Part shown: positions 1 through 9,637 of the stretch, one piece after another | How positions within the stretch are numbered: the stretch's first letter is position 1 | How the letters are laid out: each line of letters begins with the position of its first letter | IMG/VR virus record: IMGVR_UViG_3300028591_000072 | Coordinates: 96,001 to 160,000 of that record | Reading direction: 5' to 3' (one strand) | Source of the DNA: a virus | Taxonomy: Duplodnaviria > Caudoviricetes | DNA length: 64,000 nucleotides | Position numbers and translations under genes: made by a program | The notes under the pieces: generated by a model | Told to the model about the DNA's origin: nothing | Databases searched by the model: none | The model's input: only the letters and a program-made list of their open reading frames with translations

Positions 1-1
1 A

Positions 2-334
2 AACAAAATAGGGAACATGATGTATCTTTCATTAAAGTCAGAGCAAGAAGGGTTTGCAAATGGCCTATATGCCTACATGATGGATAAGCCATTACCATAT
101 TCAGATGATTTGCTTATTGAAAGTGAAACATGGAAAAAATTCCAATTATTAAAGCAACTTGTTTCTGAACTTGAAACTAATGAAAGCCTTAAAAAAAAGT
201 TTAGTGTTTATTTTGAAAATTTTGGAGTCACAATAAACGATTTGAAGCAATCAATAAAGAATTTTTCTTCAAGAATAGGAAAAGTGATAATTAAAGTGAA
301 AAACGATAAAATAAAACAAGGATGGAGATTTTAA
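2..334 (+). CDS. 5'-truncated hypothetical protein; C-terminus resembles the zincin-like protein at 11323-12219
   Basis: The frame is open from the window edge. MMYLSLKSEQEGFANGLY aligns by eye with LLYYSNRNEISAFVNGTF of 11323-12219. Confidence 0.5.
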   Translation, partial: NKIGNMMYLSLKSEQEGFANGLYAYMMDKPLPYSDDLLIESETWKKFQLLKQLVSELETNESLKKKFSVYFENFGVTINDLKQSIKNFSSRIGKVIIKVKNDKIKQGWRF

Positions 335-347
335 TTCGCATTTGATA

Positions 348-358
348 AACTATTTATA
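348..358 (+). promoter_or_regulatory. Putative late promoter AACTATTTATA
   Basis: One of 22 copies of the motif; it ends 4 nt before the ATG at 363. Confidence 0.7.
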
Positions 359-362
359 ATAT

Positions 363-1298
363 ATGGGAAAAAGAAAAACAACGGAAGAATTTATAGAAGA
401 AGCCAGAAAAATTCATGGTGAAAAATTTGATTATTCAAAAGTTAATTATGTTAATAACAAAACAAAAGTTTGTATAATTTACAATAACATTGAATATTTT
501 ATTACACCAAAAGACCATTTAAAAGGTGAAGGATGTCCTTATTTGTCAAATAAACTAAGAAATAGCAAAAACACAAAAACGACTTCTGAATTTATAGAAA
601 AATCAATAAAAATACACGGAAATAAATATGATTATTCCGAATCTATATATGTTAATCATTTAACGCCATTAAAAATTATTTGCAAAAAGCACGGAAAATT
701 CACACAAAAACCATCTGACCATTTAAGTGGGTGTGGATGCCCAATTTGTTGTGGAAGTTCCAAACTAACGACAAGTGAGTTTATTGAAAGAGCAAAGATA
801 GTACATGAAAATAAAAATTTTGATTATTCTAAAGTTGAATATGTGAACAGTAACACAAAGGTTTGTATAATATGCCCTGAGCATGGCGAATTTTGGCAAA
901 CTCCACATGATTTTATTAGGGGTGTTATTGGATGTAAAAAATGCAACGAAAAAAAGTTAGAAAAAGATATAGAATTTGAATTGCAAAATAATGATATTAA
1001 ATATGAAAGAGAAAAACATTTTAAATGGCTTGGAAAGAAAAGTTTAGATTTTTATTTGCCAGATTATAATATTGCTATCGAATGCCAAGGAGTACAGCAT
1101 TTTGAGCCTGTTGAATTTTTTGGTGGAGAAGAATCCTTTAAAAAACAGATTAAAAATGATTTTGAAAAATACAAGATTTGTGAAACACATAATATTAAAA
1201 TAATATATTACTCATCCATTATAAAAGAGCAAAAAGAATATTTTCGGCCATTAATAAATAATAAAAACGAAATTATTGAACTAATAAAAAAAATATGA
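363..1298 (+). CDS. Putative homing endonuclease: DUF723-like zinc repeats plus Vsr/DUF559-like nuclease
   Basis: Three YDYSKV.Y.N...KVCIIC..HG.F.Q.P..H..G.GC repeats and a C-terminal DFYLPDYNIAIECQGVQH motif. Confidence 0.8.
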   Translation: MGKRKTTEEFIEEARKIHGEKFDYSKVNYVNNKTKVCIIYNNIEYFITPKDHLKGEGCPYLSNKLRNSKNTKTTSEFIEKSIKIHGNKYDYSESIYVNHLTPLKIICKKHGKFTQKPSDHLSGCGCPICCGSSKLTTSEFIERAKIVHENKNFDYSKVEYVNSNTKVCIICPEHGEFWQTPHDFIRGVIGCKKCNEKKLEKDIEFELQNNDIKYEREKHFKWLGKKSLDFYLPDYNIAIECQGVQHFEPVEFFGGEESFKKQIKNDFEKYKICETHNIKIIYYSSIIKEQKEYFRPLINNKNEIIELIKKI

Positions 1299-2443
1299 TT
1301 AAAGTAACAAAAGATATTGATGCTTTGTTTAAATTGGTTCGTTCAGCGATGGGAGCCCCTGTTCGTTCTGTTGAACTTACTGATGAACAATTATGTGATT
1401 TATTGGAAATAGCCATGCAAGATTATTCTTCTGCCGTACAAAACGAAATAATCGCCAACCAGTGGCTTGGTTTTTATGGTAAAAACGTTACCAACGCAAA
1501 AGAACTTATGTATGGTTTTATGGTAAGAAGTCTTGATTTAACAAAAGACTATGGCGCTTGGTTTTCGAAACAAGTTGGTCTTCAGACAATAAAAAGTGGT
1601 GATTATTGGGAACTTAAAAAGGATTTCGTTACAATTGAATCAGGAAAACAGGTTTATGTAATACCATCAGGAAGAACAATTAACAAAGTCATGTATGTAA
1701 ATCCTCCTATGACAGATACTGCATTATTTGCAAACTATATGGGTGGAGGAGTTGGTTTTATGCCAGGACTTGGACAAGTTGGTGCAGGATATGGATATGG
1801 CGGAGGACTTGGTGGATTCTATACAACACAAGCAATGGATGTTGCTTATATGGCCGCAGATTTGAATTTTAAGAGCAGATTATTTAGGGGTGACCTTACA
1901 TATAAGGTAACAGCAGGTCCTGACGGTACACATTTATTGCATTTAATGTCAACCCCTGGAAGTAAATTGTCATTTGGATTCGCAGGTGCAGGTGTAAATG
2001 GCGGAATTGGGCTTATCGGGTGTGAGGTTTGGTACACATATTACGACACTTCAAATGGAGATGAAGATGAATGTATGTTATATCACGCAGATGACGTTAT
2101 TTTAAGTCCTGACCAAGTTCCTATGGAAAATATGCAATATGAATTCCTTAACGAACCAGCAAAAGTCATAGTTCGTCAATTATTAATTGCAAAGGCAAAG
2201 CAAACTTTGGGACTCATAAGAGGTAAATTCTCAGGAAAAGTTAACATTCCTCAGGCAGAGATGACAATGGATTACCAAATGTTAATTCAACAAGGTAAAG
2301 AGGAATATGATGCCGCAATGGAAGCATTAATGAAACGTCTTGAAAGAATGAGGCCTGTTAATATGATGAAAGAACAAGCCGAATTAATGGAAAATAATGT
2401 AAAATTACAGCAATATACCCCATTGGGAATATATGTAATATAA
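1295..2443 (+). CDS. Neck protein (T4 gp13-like)
   Basis: N-terminal MGAPVRSVELTDEQL and C-terminal AKAKQTLGLIRGKFSG...GKEE motifs are typical of gp13-like neck proteins. Confidence 0.75.
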   Translation: MIKVTKDIDALFKLVRSAMGAPVRSVELTDEQLCDLLEIAMQDYSSAVQNEIIANQWLGFYGKNVTNAKELMYGFMVRSLDLTKDYGAWFSKQVGLQTIKSGDYWELKKDFVTIESGKQVYVIPSGRTINKVMYVNPPMTDTALFANYMGGGVGFMPGLGQVGAGYGYGGGLGGFYTTQAMDVAYMAADLNFKSRLFRGDLTYKVTAGPDGTHLLHLMSTPGSKLSFGFAGAGVNGGIGLIGCEVWYTYYDTSNGDEDECMLYHADDVILSPDQVPMENMQYEFLNEPAKVIVRQLLIAKAKQTLGLIRGKFSGKVNIPQAEMTMDYQMLIQQGKEEYDAAMEALMKRLERMRPVNMMKEQAELMENNVKLQQYTPLGIYVI

Positions 2444-2458
2444 CAATCAGAAACAGAA

Positions 2459-3385
2459 ATGAAATTAGATTTTAATGACATAAAATATTTGGTTAACGAA
2501 TGTGTTAAGAAAATCATATCTGAAAGAATTAGCGATAAAACATATCATTTTACGTCTTTTTCTTCTTGCATAAATATTCTTAAAAACAATGAGTTTAAAT
2601 TGACATTATCTTCAAATTCATCAGATGCGTATGACAATAAACGCTTATTCTATTTATCAACACAACGAGGTAGAAGCAAAGACATTGGATATGCAGGACA
2701 TTTGGGAAGTTGTATACGAATTGAAATAAATGGCAACGAAATATCACAAAAATATAATGGTAAGCCTATAGATTATTGGGGAACGATGGGAAAACAAGCA
2801 TATTACAAGCCAGAAAACGATTCAACATTTGGAAAAGGATTTACAAAGTCAAAAAAAACGCACCATAATTTCGAAATGGAAGACAGGATTTTCTCATATA
2901 CTCCAACAATTGAAAACGCATCTAAATATATTTCAAGAATTGATGTTTATTTGAGCGGACAAAGAAAAGATTTAGCCGAGAAAGAAAAAGATGATGCAAT
3001 TACAATTTTAGTACTATCAAAAAGAAATTCAATACCAGTTTTTGTATACACTGACATCAAAGATTTTAATTTTATGACAGATAATACCATAAATTCAGAA
3101 CTTGAGCAACTTTATAAAAATGATTTTCAAAGCAAGACAGAAGTTGGATTCGAAGATTATGATAGAATTAAAATATGGAGAGAAATGAAAAAAAAAGGAA
3201 CATTTGTTAATATCTTAGAACAATTGATGAATGTTTATACATTAGGTAAAATATACACCAAAAATAATGAAATATATAAAACGGTTTCATCACTATTTAA
3301 ACAATTTGGATTAGAAAAATATAAAAATGATTTAATTAAGGGAACTATATACCTGATGGCACAAAGTCAGTCTGATAAAGGCTGA
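2459..3385 (+). CDS. Putative ADP-ribosyltransferase-fold virion protein with shared leader; C-terminus cut by IS insertion
   Basis: Leader IKYLVNECVKKIISE; YHFTS...YLSTQR...EMEDRI pattern. The last ~14 codons are read from the IS inverted repeat starting at 3340. Confidence 0.5.
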   Translation: MKLDFNDIKYLVNECVKKIISERISDKTYHFTSFSSCINILKNNEFKLTLSSNSSDAYDNKRLFYLSTQRGRSKDIGYAGHLGSCIRIEINGNEISQKYNGKPIDYWGTMGKQAYYKPENDSTFGKGFTKSKKTHHNFEMEDRIFSYTPTIENASKYISRIDVYLSGQRKDLAEKEKDDAITILVLSKRNSIPVFVYTDIKDFNFMTDNTINSELEQLYKNDFQSKTEVGFEDYDRIKIWREMKKKGTFVNILEQLMNVYTLGKIYTKNNEIYKTVSSLFKQFGLEKYKNDLIKGTIYLMAQSQSDKG

Positions 3386-3392
3386 CTTTTTT
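3363..3392. terminator. Bidirectional intrinsic terminator (AAAGTCAG family)
   Basis: AAAGTCAGTC-TGATAAA-GGCTGACTTTTTT; the same stem occurs at 28381 and 36323. Confidence 0.75.
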
Positions 3393-3393
3393 G

Positions 3394-3777
3394 CTACGAA
3401 GCAAACTTTATCCCATTACCTTGTGAGAAATTGTAAAATGCTTCAATAAAGTAATCATAATCTTCTTCGGAAATGTTATTGGTTTCTTTAAGCATATTCA
3501 GCACCTCTACATCACCTATTTTTGTTACATCACCTATTGTTATAAATCCTCCAATTGCTGCAAAAGACAAAACCACAGACATCTTTTTTCTGTATGAAAT
3601 CGTATTATCTGTAATAAAGTCTGTAATATTCCACCATTTAGATGGCTTGCTGTTATTATCTTTTGCAATGATTATAGCATTTTTTGCAAAATGTTCCATC
3701 ACTTCAATTAAAAGGTTGCTTTCGCAATAAGTCGTTAGTTCATGTGCTGAACTTGGTGTAATGTATAGTATATCCAT
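3394..3777 (-). CDS. Hypothetical passenger protein
   Basis: ORF of 127 aa from the ATG at 3777. The track start at 3795 lies inside a TATCTTTGCA promoter box. Confidence 0.65.
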   Translation of the reverse strand: MDILYITPSSAHELTTYCESNLLIEVMEHFAKNAIIIAKDNNSKPSKWWNITDFITDNTISYRKKMSVVLSFAAIGGFITIGDVTKIGDVEVLNMLKETNNISEEDYDYFIEAFYNFSQGNGIKFAS

Positions 3778-3790
3778 ATCAACTTTTTCT

Positions 3791-3800
3791 TGCAAAGATA
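3791..3800 (-). promoter_or_regulatory. Bacteroidota-type -7 promoter box TATCTTTGCA
   Basis: Matches TAnnTTTG, 13 nt upstream of the ATG at 3777, back-to-back with the late motif at 3800-3808. Confidence 0.55.
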
Positions 3801-3825
3801 CTATTTATTTGAAAAATAGATATAA

Positions 3826-4110
3826 ATGAAGAAAGAATTTGAAGATATTATCAAGGAAAGTGTTAGAAGCGTTCTTTACGAAATGGATATTGTTCCTACA
3901 AACAAACATGGAGAAACAAATCTTGTAAAAAAGCAATCAATTAATGCATGGATAATGATATATCGCTTAATGGATAATATAAAAGTTGTAATGGATAATC
4001 AATATAAGTCAAAGAACGGTAACATTACAAACAAAGATGTAGATGGAATTATAGACTATTTATACAACAGTCTTCAAAATGTAACAAAGAACACGATTGG
4101 AGAAAAATAA
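3826..4110 (+). CDS. Hypothetical protein with shared leader (IS passenger)
   Basis: MKKEFEDIIKESVRSVLYE; late motif at 3800-3808. Confidence 0.75.
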   Translation: MKKEFEDIIKESVRSVLYEMDIVPTNKHGETNLVKKQSINAWIMIYRLMDNIKVVMDNQYKSKNGNITNKDVDGIIDYLYNSLQNVTKNTIGEK

Positions 4111-4135
4111 CCAAGAAATAAAAGAGAATAGAAAT

Positions 4136-4441
4136 ATGAACAAGAAACAAAGAATTAGAATAAACGAGAACCAATTAAGGCAAATCGTTAGCGAATCCGT
4201 GAAAAGAATTTTAAGAGAAAACGATGATTTCACACCACATGGATATATGACGAAATCAAATCTTGGAGGAACCGAAGTACAAATTAGCAATGATGGTTCT
4301 GCGGCAAGATTTAGAAACAATTACGGAACGCCAGACAAACCGACTGATTGGCTCGAAATTGAATTTGACGAAGAAGGCGTTGCTTATGTTACTTTACCAA
4401 ATGGTAGCCAAGAAAGGTTAGACAATTATATGAGATATTAA
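4136..4441 (+). CDS. Hypothetical protein with shared leader (IS passenger)
   Basis: MNKKQRIRINENQLRQIVSESVKRILRE. Start placed at 4136 by similarity to the N-terminus of 27838. Confidence 0.75.
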   Translation: MNKKQRIRINENQLRQIVSESVKRILRENDDFTPHGYMTKSNLGGTEVQISNDGSAARFRNNYGTPDKPTDWLEIEFDEEGVAYVTLPNGSQERLDNYMRY

Positions 4442-5373
4442 GCAGTACACTTAACAACTTTCACATCCTCGAATGTAACGACATTCAAGGCGTGTTCCAT
4501 AAGGGCAGCGAACCTTTCGCCGCCCTTCTTTTTTCTATTGTTGTAGCGAAAAACCGCCTCGTCAATGTAACGCTGGATATAGTAGCGTGAAACAAAGTGG
4601 TATGTGCCATAAACCATACGCTTGAATTGTCCCCAAAAGCCCTCAATCGTGTTGGTGTACTTGCGTCCCACGGCAAACTCCTTTTGGCTGTGGTTGACAA
4701 TCTCCCTGACATACCCGTTGTCATTCAGGTTGCAGTAAATGTTGGTTTCGTCAGTATAAACCACCGAACCAACCTTAATATGGCTCTTGATAATAGGCAT
4801 AAGCGTTGCGCTCCTTGTATCCTCAACCTTGATGGCAAACACATTGCCTTCCCTTTGTGCCATACCGAATACGGGTGTCTTTGTCTTGGTGCTTCTGCCT
4901 TGCGTACCCTCAACCTTCTTGCTTTCGTGCTTGTTGGTTTCCCTACCACCAACATAGGTTTCGTCAATCTCAACCTCGTCCTCAAGGATTGGTGCTGATT
5001 GGGTAAAGGTGGTGCGAATCTTGTGGAGCATAAACCAAGCGGTTTTTTGTGTCACACCCAAGTCAATGGCTGCTTGCTTGGATGAAACGCCCTTGGAGTG
5101 GGTTGACATAAGGAAAATGGCTCCAAACCACTTGTATAGGGGTAATTTGGTGTCTTGGAAGATGGTTTCCTGAAGGATTGAGAATGATGAGCCACACTCA
5201 CGGCACTTGAAGCGTCCGTCACCACGGCGATATGGGTGCATGCCACCGCAATACGGGCAAGCAACAAGTCCGTCAGGGTAGATTTGTTCCTCAATGAACT
5301 TTAGGCAGGTGGCTTTGTCCCGGAAATGGCGGAAGATTTGAGGAAGGGAGTTGAAATGGGCAAGGTTAATCAT
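4438..5373 (-). CDS. IS1595-family (ISXO2-like) DDE transposase
   Basis: Zinc ribbon CPYC...CREC, VEIDETYVGG, VYTDE, TNTIEGFW and RYIDE..FRYNNR; visibly more GC-rich than the phage backbone. Confidence 0.93.
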   Translation of the reverse strand: MINLAHFNSLPQIFRHFRDKATCLKFIEEQIYPDGLVACPYCGGMHPYRRGDGRFKCRECGSSFSILQETIFQDTKLPLYKWFGAIFLMSTHSKGVSSKQAAIDLGVTQKTAWFMLHKIRTTFTQSAPILEDEVEIDETYVGGRETNKHESKKVEGTQGRSTKTKTPVFGMAQREGNVFAIKVEDTRSATLMPIIKSHIKVGSVVYTDETNIYCNLNDNGYVREIVNHSQKEFAVGRKYTNTIEGFWGQFKRMVYGTYHFVSRYYIQRYIDEAVFRYNNRKKKGGERFAALMEHALNVVTFEDVKVVKCTA

Positions 5374-5603
5374 AGCAATTCAGGTTGGTTACACTTATTT
5401 ATAGTGTAGAATATACAATTTTTCAACCTGAAAAACCAGTTTTTTAACTGAAAATCAGAAATTTCTTCCTAATTTTGTGCCATCATGTACATAGTTCCCA
5501 AAAATTTAAGACGTGACAAAGCTTCGCAACGATAAGCGTTTAGAATGCTGAAATTAAGTGGCTTGTTTTTCTTTTTTATTCTAAATAATTTCATAATTCA
5601 ATT

Positions 5604-5822
5604 TTAATTTGTTGAGCAAGTTACAACCCAATCACCATAATTTGGCGGCATTGGATAAGTTCTTGTTGGCTTAAAAATGTTTGGCTCTAACTGGTCATAA
5701 TAAGGAAATGTTTGTTGTTTCTTATCGTTTAAATCACTAAAATCTTTCATTGCAAGCATTTCTGCAAGTGTTCTTTTGTCACATTGCATGTATCTTTCTA
5801 CTTTTTCTTCAAATGTTTCCAT
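5604..5822 (-). CDS. Hypothetical protein
   Basis: 72-aa ORF preceded by TTGACT-N17-TATTAT (5867-5839). Confidence 0.65.
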   Translation of the reverse strand: METFEEKVERYMQCDKRTLAEMLAMKDFSDLNDKKQQTFPYYDQLEPNIFKPTRTYPMPPNYGDWVVTCSTN

Positions 5823-5947
5823 AATTAATATGTTTTATATAATATACAAAAAAATATTTAAAGTCAAAAACTATTTATACATAGTGTATTATGTTCACTT
5901 TAAACATAATAATATTATATTATTAAATAACAATTAAATTAATTAGC

Positions 5948-8900
5948 ATGGCAAATAACAATCAAACTATATTTCAAAGATTAACTGATGTATTTAGGGG
6001 TTCAAATAGCAATTCAGTTCCTAAAGCAGTACAAACGTCAAAAAGTTTTGATGAAAGGAACGAAGTGCTTTTTTCGACAAATGACAGGGCTGAATATGAA
6101 AGAAAATTAGAAACATTTAAACAGCAAAAATATTTAGCATATCAATGGAAAAGGGCAGGCGCTGACAATTCCATGGAAAGTTTGGCCGGATATAATGCCG
6201 TTAAATTAATGTATCGTGACGTTGACCTTATGGATGGGACTTGTGAAATTGGAAGTGCTCTTGATATTATATCAGAAGAGGCTTGTTTGGATGGTGATAC
6301 ACAAATAAAATTATTAAACGGAAAAGTTTTTACAATCAAAGAATTGTATAATATGCGTTGTAAAGATTTTTGGGTTTATTCTGTTGACGAAAATGGAATT
6401 TGTATGCCATCGCACGTTGATAGTGTTATTTATAAGGGTAAAAAAAACATTATAGAAATAACGCTTGACGATGATACTGTGATAAAAATTACGCCAGACC
6501 ATAAATTAATGTTGTCAAATTGTGAATGGAAAGAGGCATCTGATTTGGTTGAAGGTGATTCTTTAATGTCAATATATGACTCAAAGGATAATTTAGGATA
6601 TGAACAAATCATATCTTCTACCGAGTATAAAAAAAGGCCAACACATCGTGTTGTTGCTGAAAACGTTTTAATTGATGAAAAAACGATTTTATTGGAAAAA
6701 AACACAAATAACCAAAAAATAGTTATTCATCATAACACATTTAATAAATCGAACAATGACCCATCTGCATTGACATATATGTATTGGGATGAACATCAAA
6801 AATTACACACAGATTTAAATAAAAAAAGATGGGAAAATAAAGAATGGGCTGATAAGATGAAAAAAATATTTTCAAAAACAGCCAAAAAAACATGGAAAGA
6901 ACAAAGAAATAATTTCATAGAAAAATTTAAAATCGCTCAAAAAAAACGTATTGAAAAAATGAGCGAAGAAGAACGTATTAAATATTTCGGGAGAAAAGGG
7001 AAAAATAATGGTATGTTTGGTATACATAGATATGGCAAAAGCAATCCAAACTATAATAAAACAGTAAGCAGAATAAATAATATAAATGAAAAAGAATACA
7101 TTGATACAATTTTAAATAACGGTGGAAGGAAAGAATTAAAAAATAAGTTTAATTTGACAAAAAATGACGTTATTGAATATAATAGGTATTTATGTAAAAA
7201 ATACAAAATAAATAATATTTTTAATTTAAAATTTAACGATGAAATCTTTACGAAAATTAAAGAAATGATTATAAATAACCCATCTTTAACTCTATCTGAA
7301 ATTTCAAAAAATATTAACATATCAAAAAACACAATTAGCACAATATTAAAAAAACACGATACATCATTTAAAGATATACAAATAAAAAGTGACGTTTGGA
7401 AATATTATAAAGTTGACGAAAAAGAATATATTAATACGATTGCTTATTTAGACACTTATAATTTTAATGAAAAGTTATCAAATAAATTTAATTTAACAAA
7501 AAAACAGATTTCAAGGTTAAATAAAGAAATATTAAAAAAATACGATTTAAAAAGAATTGACCATTTAAAATATGTATTTAACGAAAATTATAAAATTTCA
7601 AAAATTAAGAAACTTATTTCCTATGGAAAAAATAAAAGTGAAATCTTAAAAGAATTATCATTATCAAATTTTCATCTTTTACAAATATGTAAAGAGAACG
7701 GATATAAAGATTATCAAGATTTAAAAAAATCATTATATAACCACAGAATTAAATCAATAAGAAAAATAGAAGAAGAAAGCGATGTATTTGATTTATTGAA
7801 TTCATCAACAAACAATTGTTTTGCAATAAAATGTAACAATGGACATATAATATCGCATAATTGCCCAATTAATTCTGAAGGATTAATGATTAACATATAT
7901 TCAAAGTCAAAAAGAACAAAGTCAATACTAGAAGATTTATTTGTAAACAGGTTACACATTTATACTGAGTTACCAATGATTGCCCGTCACGTAACAAAAT
8001 ACGGAAATACATTTATGCTTTTGAATATAGACAAGTCAAATGGCGTAATGGGGTGGATGATGATGCCTGTTTATGAGGTTGATAGGGAAGAAAACGGATA
8101 TGGGTCAACATACACACAAACAGTTCCACGTCAAACAACTGACATAAAACCTGACGAAATAAGGTTTGTATGGAAAGGGCACAACGGAGATAATGCTTAT
8201 TTCAATTGGCAAGTGGCACATTTTAGATTGCTAAACGATTCGTTTTTCCTACCTTATGGCGTATCAATGCTTCATAAAGCACGTAGAGCGTGGAGAATGT
8301 GGTCAATGATGGAAGATGCAATGCTTATTTGGAGATTAGATAAGGCAATTGAAAGACGTGTTTATAAAGTATATGTTGGCGCAATTGACGATGCTGACGT
8401 TCCTGCATACATAAACGAAATTGCAAATAATTTTAAAAGAACACAAATAATAGACCCAGTTACGGGTCAGGTTGATTTAAGAAAAAACTTTTTAGACGTT
8501 TCAAGCGACTATTTCATTCCTGTAAGAAGAGAGGATGCCCCAAATCCAATTGAAACATTACAGGCGGCAAACAGCCAAGTTCAAATGGAGGACATTGAAT
8601 ACATGCAAAATAAAATTTTTGCAGCAATGAGAGTTCCAAAAACTTTTTTAAATTTCCAAGAAGCGCAAGGTAAAGGCCAGAATCTTTCATTTATGGATGT
8701 CAGGTTTGCAAGAATGATTGTAAGAATACAACAATTTTTGTTAATGGAACTTAACAAAATAGCAATGATACATCTATACTTAATGGGGCTTTCAGATGAA
8801 ATAGGAAACTTTTCATTAACTCTAAACAGCCCATCAACAGTAATAGAAGGACAAGAACTTGAAGATTTACAAAAACGTCTAACAGCAATGCAAACAGCGC

Positions 8901-9637
8901 TTGCTGACCCAGGAACCGGTATTCCAATGATGTCAATGCATAGAGCACTTAAAAAGATAATGAAAATGAGTGACGAAGAAATAAGGGACATGTTCAATGA
9001 AATCCGTTTGGAAAAAGCAATGGCTGCTGAATTAGCTGCAACGCCTAACATAATAAAACATTCAGGAATGTTTGACGTAACAGATAGAATATATGGGGAC
9101 TATGCGGCAATGCATGGAGGTGGAACGCAGCAACAACAAGATAGCGAAAATGACGGAATGGGCGGCGGAGGAGGTGGCCCAATTGGCGGTGGTTTAGGCG
9201 GCGGAGATTTTGACATTGGAGAACCAGGTTCTGATACAGAAGGTGAACTTGGAGGCGAAGAAGGAGAAACCGACATGGAAAGTGCGCCAAATGCCGACAA
9301 CGGAACGCCATTAAATGAGCAAAAATTAAATACGACAAAATCATTTACAAAAAAATATTTTGAAAACATTAACGAAAACAAGTCACAATTAAAAAAAGCG
9401 CCAACTTCTTATTTTGACTTATATATGAATCTAATATCAGAAAGTCAAAAAGAAGAAGATGAAGTTGATGATGTTATTGATTACGACATTAAAAATAAAA
9501 CTTTACAAGAAAACATTAAAAGCATTTGCGATAAAATAGATTCTCTTATTGATGAGGATGAAATAGCACGTGAAAATTTAATAAATGAGGCCATATCCGA
9601 TTTAAATACGATTTCAGGTGAAACACTTAATGAATAA
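5948..9637 (+). CDS. Portal protein (T4 gp20-like) containing an intein
   Basis: Motifs ALDIISEEA, VAHFRL, GVSMLHKARR, MEDAMLIWR...ERRVYKVYVG, DYFIPVR and DIEYMQNKIFAAMRVPK; late motif at 5869-5879. Confidence 0.92.
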   Translation: MANNNQTIFQRLTDVFRGSNSNSVPKAVQTSKSFDERNEVLFSTNDRAEYERKLETFKQQKYLAYQWKRAGADNSMESLAGYNAVKLMYRDVDLMDGTCEIGSALDIISEEACLDGDTQIKLLNGKVFTIKELYNMRCKDFWVYSVDENGICMPSHVDSVIYKGKKNIIEITLDDDTVIKITPDHKLMLSNCEWKEASDLVEGDSLMSIYDSKDNLGYEQIISSTEYKKRPTHRVVAENVLIDEKTILLEKNTNNQKIVIHHNTFNKSNNDPSALTYMYWDEHQKLHTDLNKKRWENKEWADKMKKIFSKTAKKTWKEQRNNFIEKFKIAQKKRIEKMSEEERIKYFGRKGKNNGMFGIHRYGKSNPNYNKTVSRINNINEKEYIDTILNNGGRKELKNKFNLTKNDVIEYNRYLCKKYKINNIFNLKFNDEIFTKIKEMIINNPSLTLSEISKNINISKNTISTILKKHDTSFKDIQIKSDVWKYYKVDEKEYINTIAYLDTYNFNEKLSNKFNLTKKQISRLNKEILKKYDLKRIDHLKYVFNENYKISKIKKLISYGKNKSEILKELSLSNFHLLQICKENGYKDYQDLKKSLYNHRIKSIRKIEEESDVFDLLNSSTNNCFAIKCNNGHIISHNCPINSEGLMINIYSKSKRTKSILEDLFVNRLHIYTELPMIARHVTKYGNTFMLLNIDKSNGVMGWMMMPVYEVDREENGYGSTYTQTVPRQTTDIKPDEIRFVWKGHNGDNAYFNWQVAHFRLLNDSFFLPYGVSMLHKARRAWRMWSMMEDAMLIWRLDKAIERRVYKVYVGAIDDADVPAYINEIANNFKRTQIIDPVTGQVDLRKNFLDVSSDYFIPVRREDAPNPIETLQAANSQVQMEDIEYMQNKIFAAMRVPKTFLNFQEAQGKGQNLSFMDVRFARMIVRIQQFLLMELNKIAMIHLYLMGLSDEIGNFSLTLNSPSTVIEGQELEDLQKRLTAMQTALADPGTGIPMMSMHRALKKIMKMSDEEIRDMFNEIRLEKAMAAELAATPNIIKHSGMFDVTDRIYGDYAAMHGGGTQQQQDSENDGMGGGGGGPIGGGLGGGDFDIGEPGSDTEGELGGEEGETDMESAPNADNGTPLNEQKLNTTKSFTKKYFENINENKSQLKKAPTSYFDLYMNLISESQKEEDEVDDVIDYDIKNKTLQENIKSICDKIDSLIDEDEIARENLINEAISDLNTISGETLNE
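6284..7861 (+). mobile_element. Intein (526 aa) with HNH endonuclease inside the portal gene
   Basis: Begins CLDGDTQI (C113), has block B ITPDH, ends VFDL...ISHN/C (C639). Internal HRVVAE...IHHNTFNKSNNDPSAL HNH motif and NUMOD3-like GKNNGMFG/GKSNPNY. Confidence 0.92.

Larger units (their letters stand above)
3340..5499 (-). mobile_element. IS1595-family transposon with three passenger genes
   Basis: 26-bp terminal inverted repeats, GGGAACTATATACCTGATGGCACAAA (3340-3365) and TTTGTGCCATCATGTACATAGTTCCC (5474-5499), match at 24/26 and enclose a DDE transposase. No target-site duplication is visible. Confidence 0.85.

Noticed and set aside
4485-5294. Alternative-frame and antisense ORFs over the transposase, and similar shadow ORFs elsewhere (e.g. 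8581-9051, 12453-13037, 19186-19677)
   Set aside because: They overlap well-supported genes and have no motifs or expression signals.
5391-5407. T4-type TATAAATA on the minus strand upstream of the transposase, inside an ACACT/AGTGT hairpin
   Set aside because: Opposite orientation to this phage's late motif and a single instance; may be chance in AT-rich DNA.
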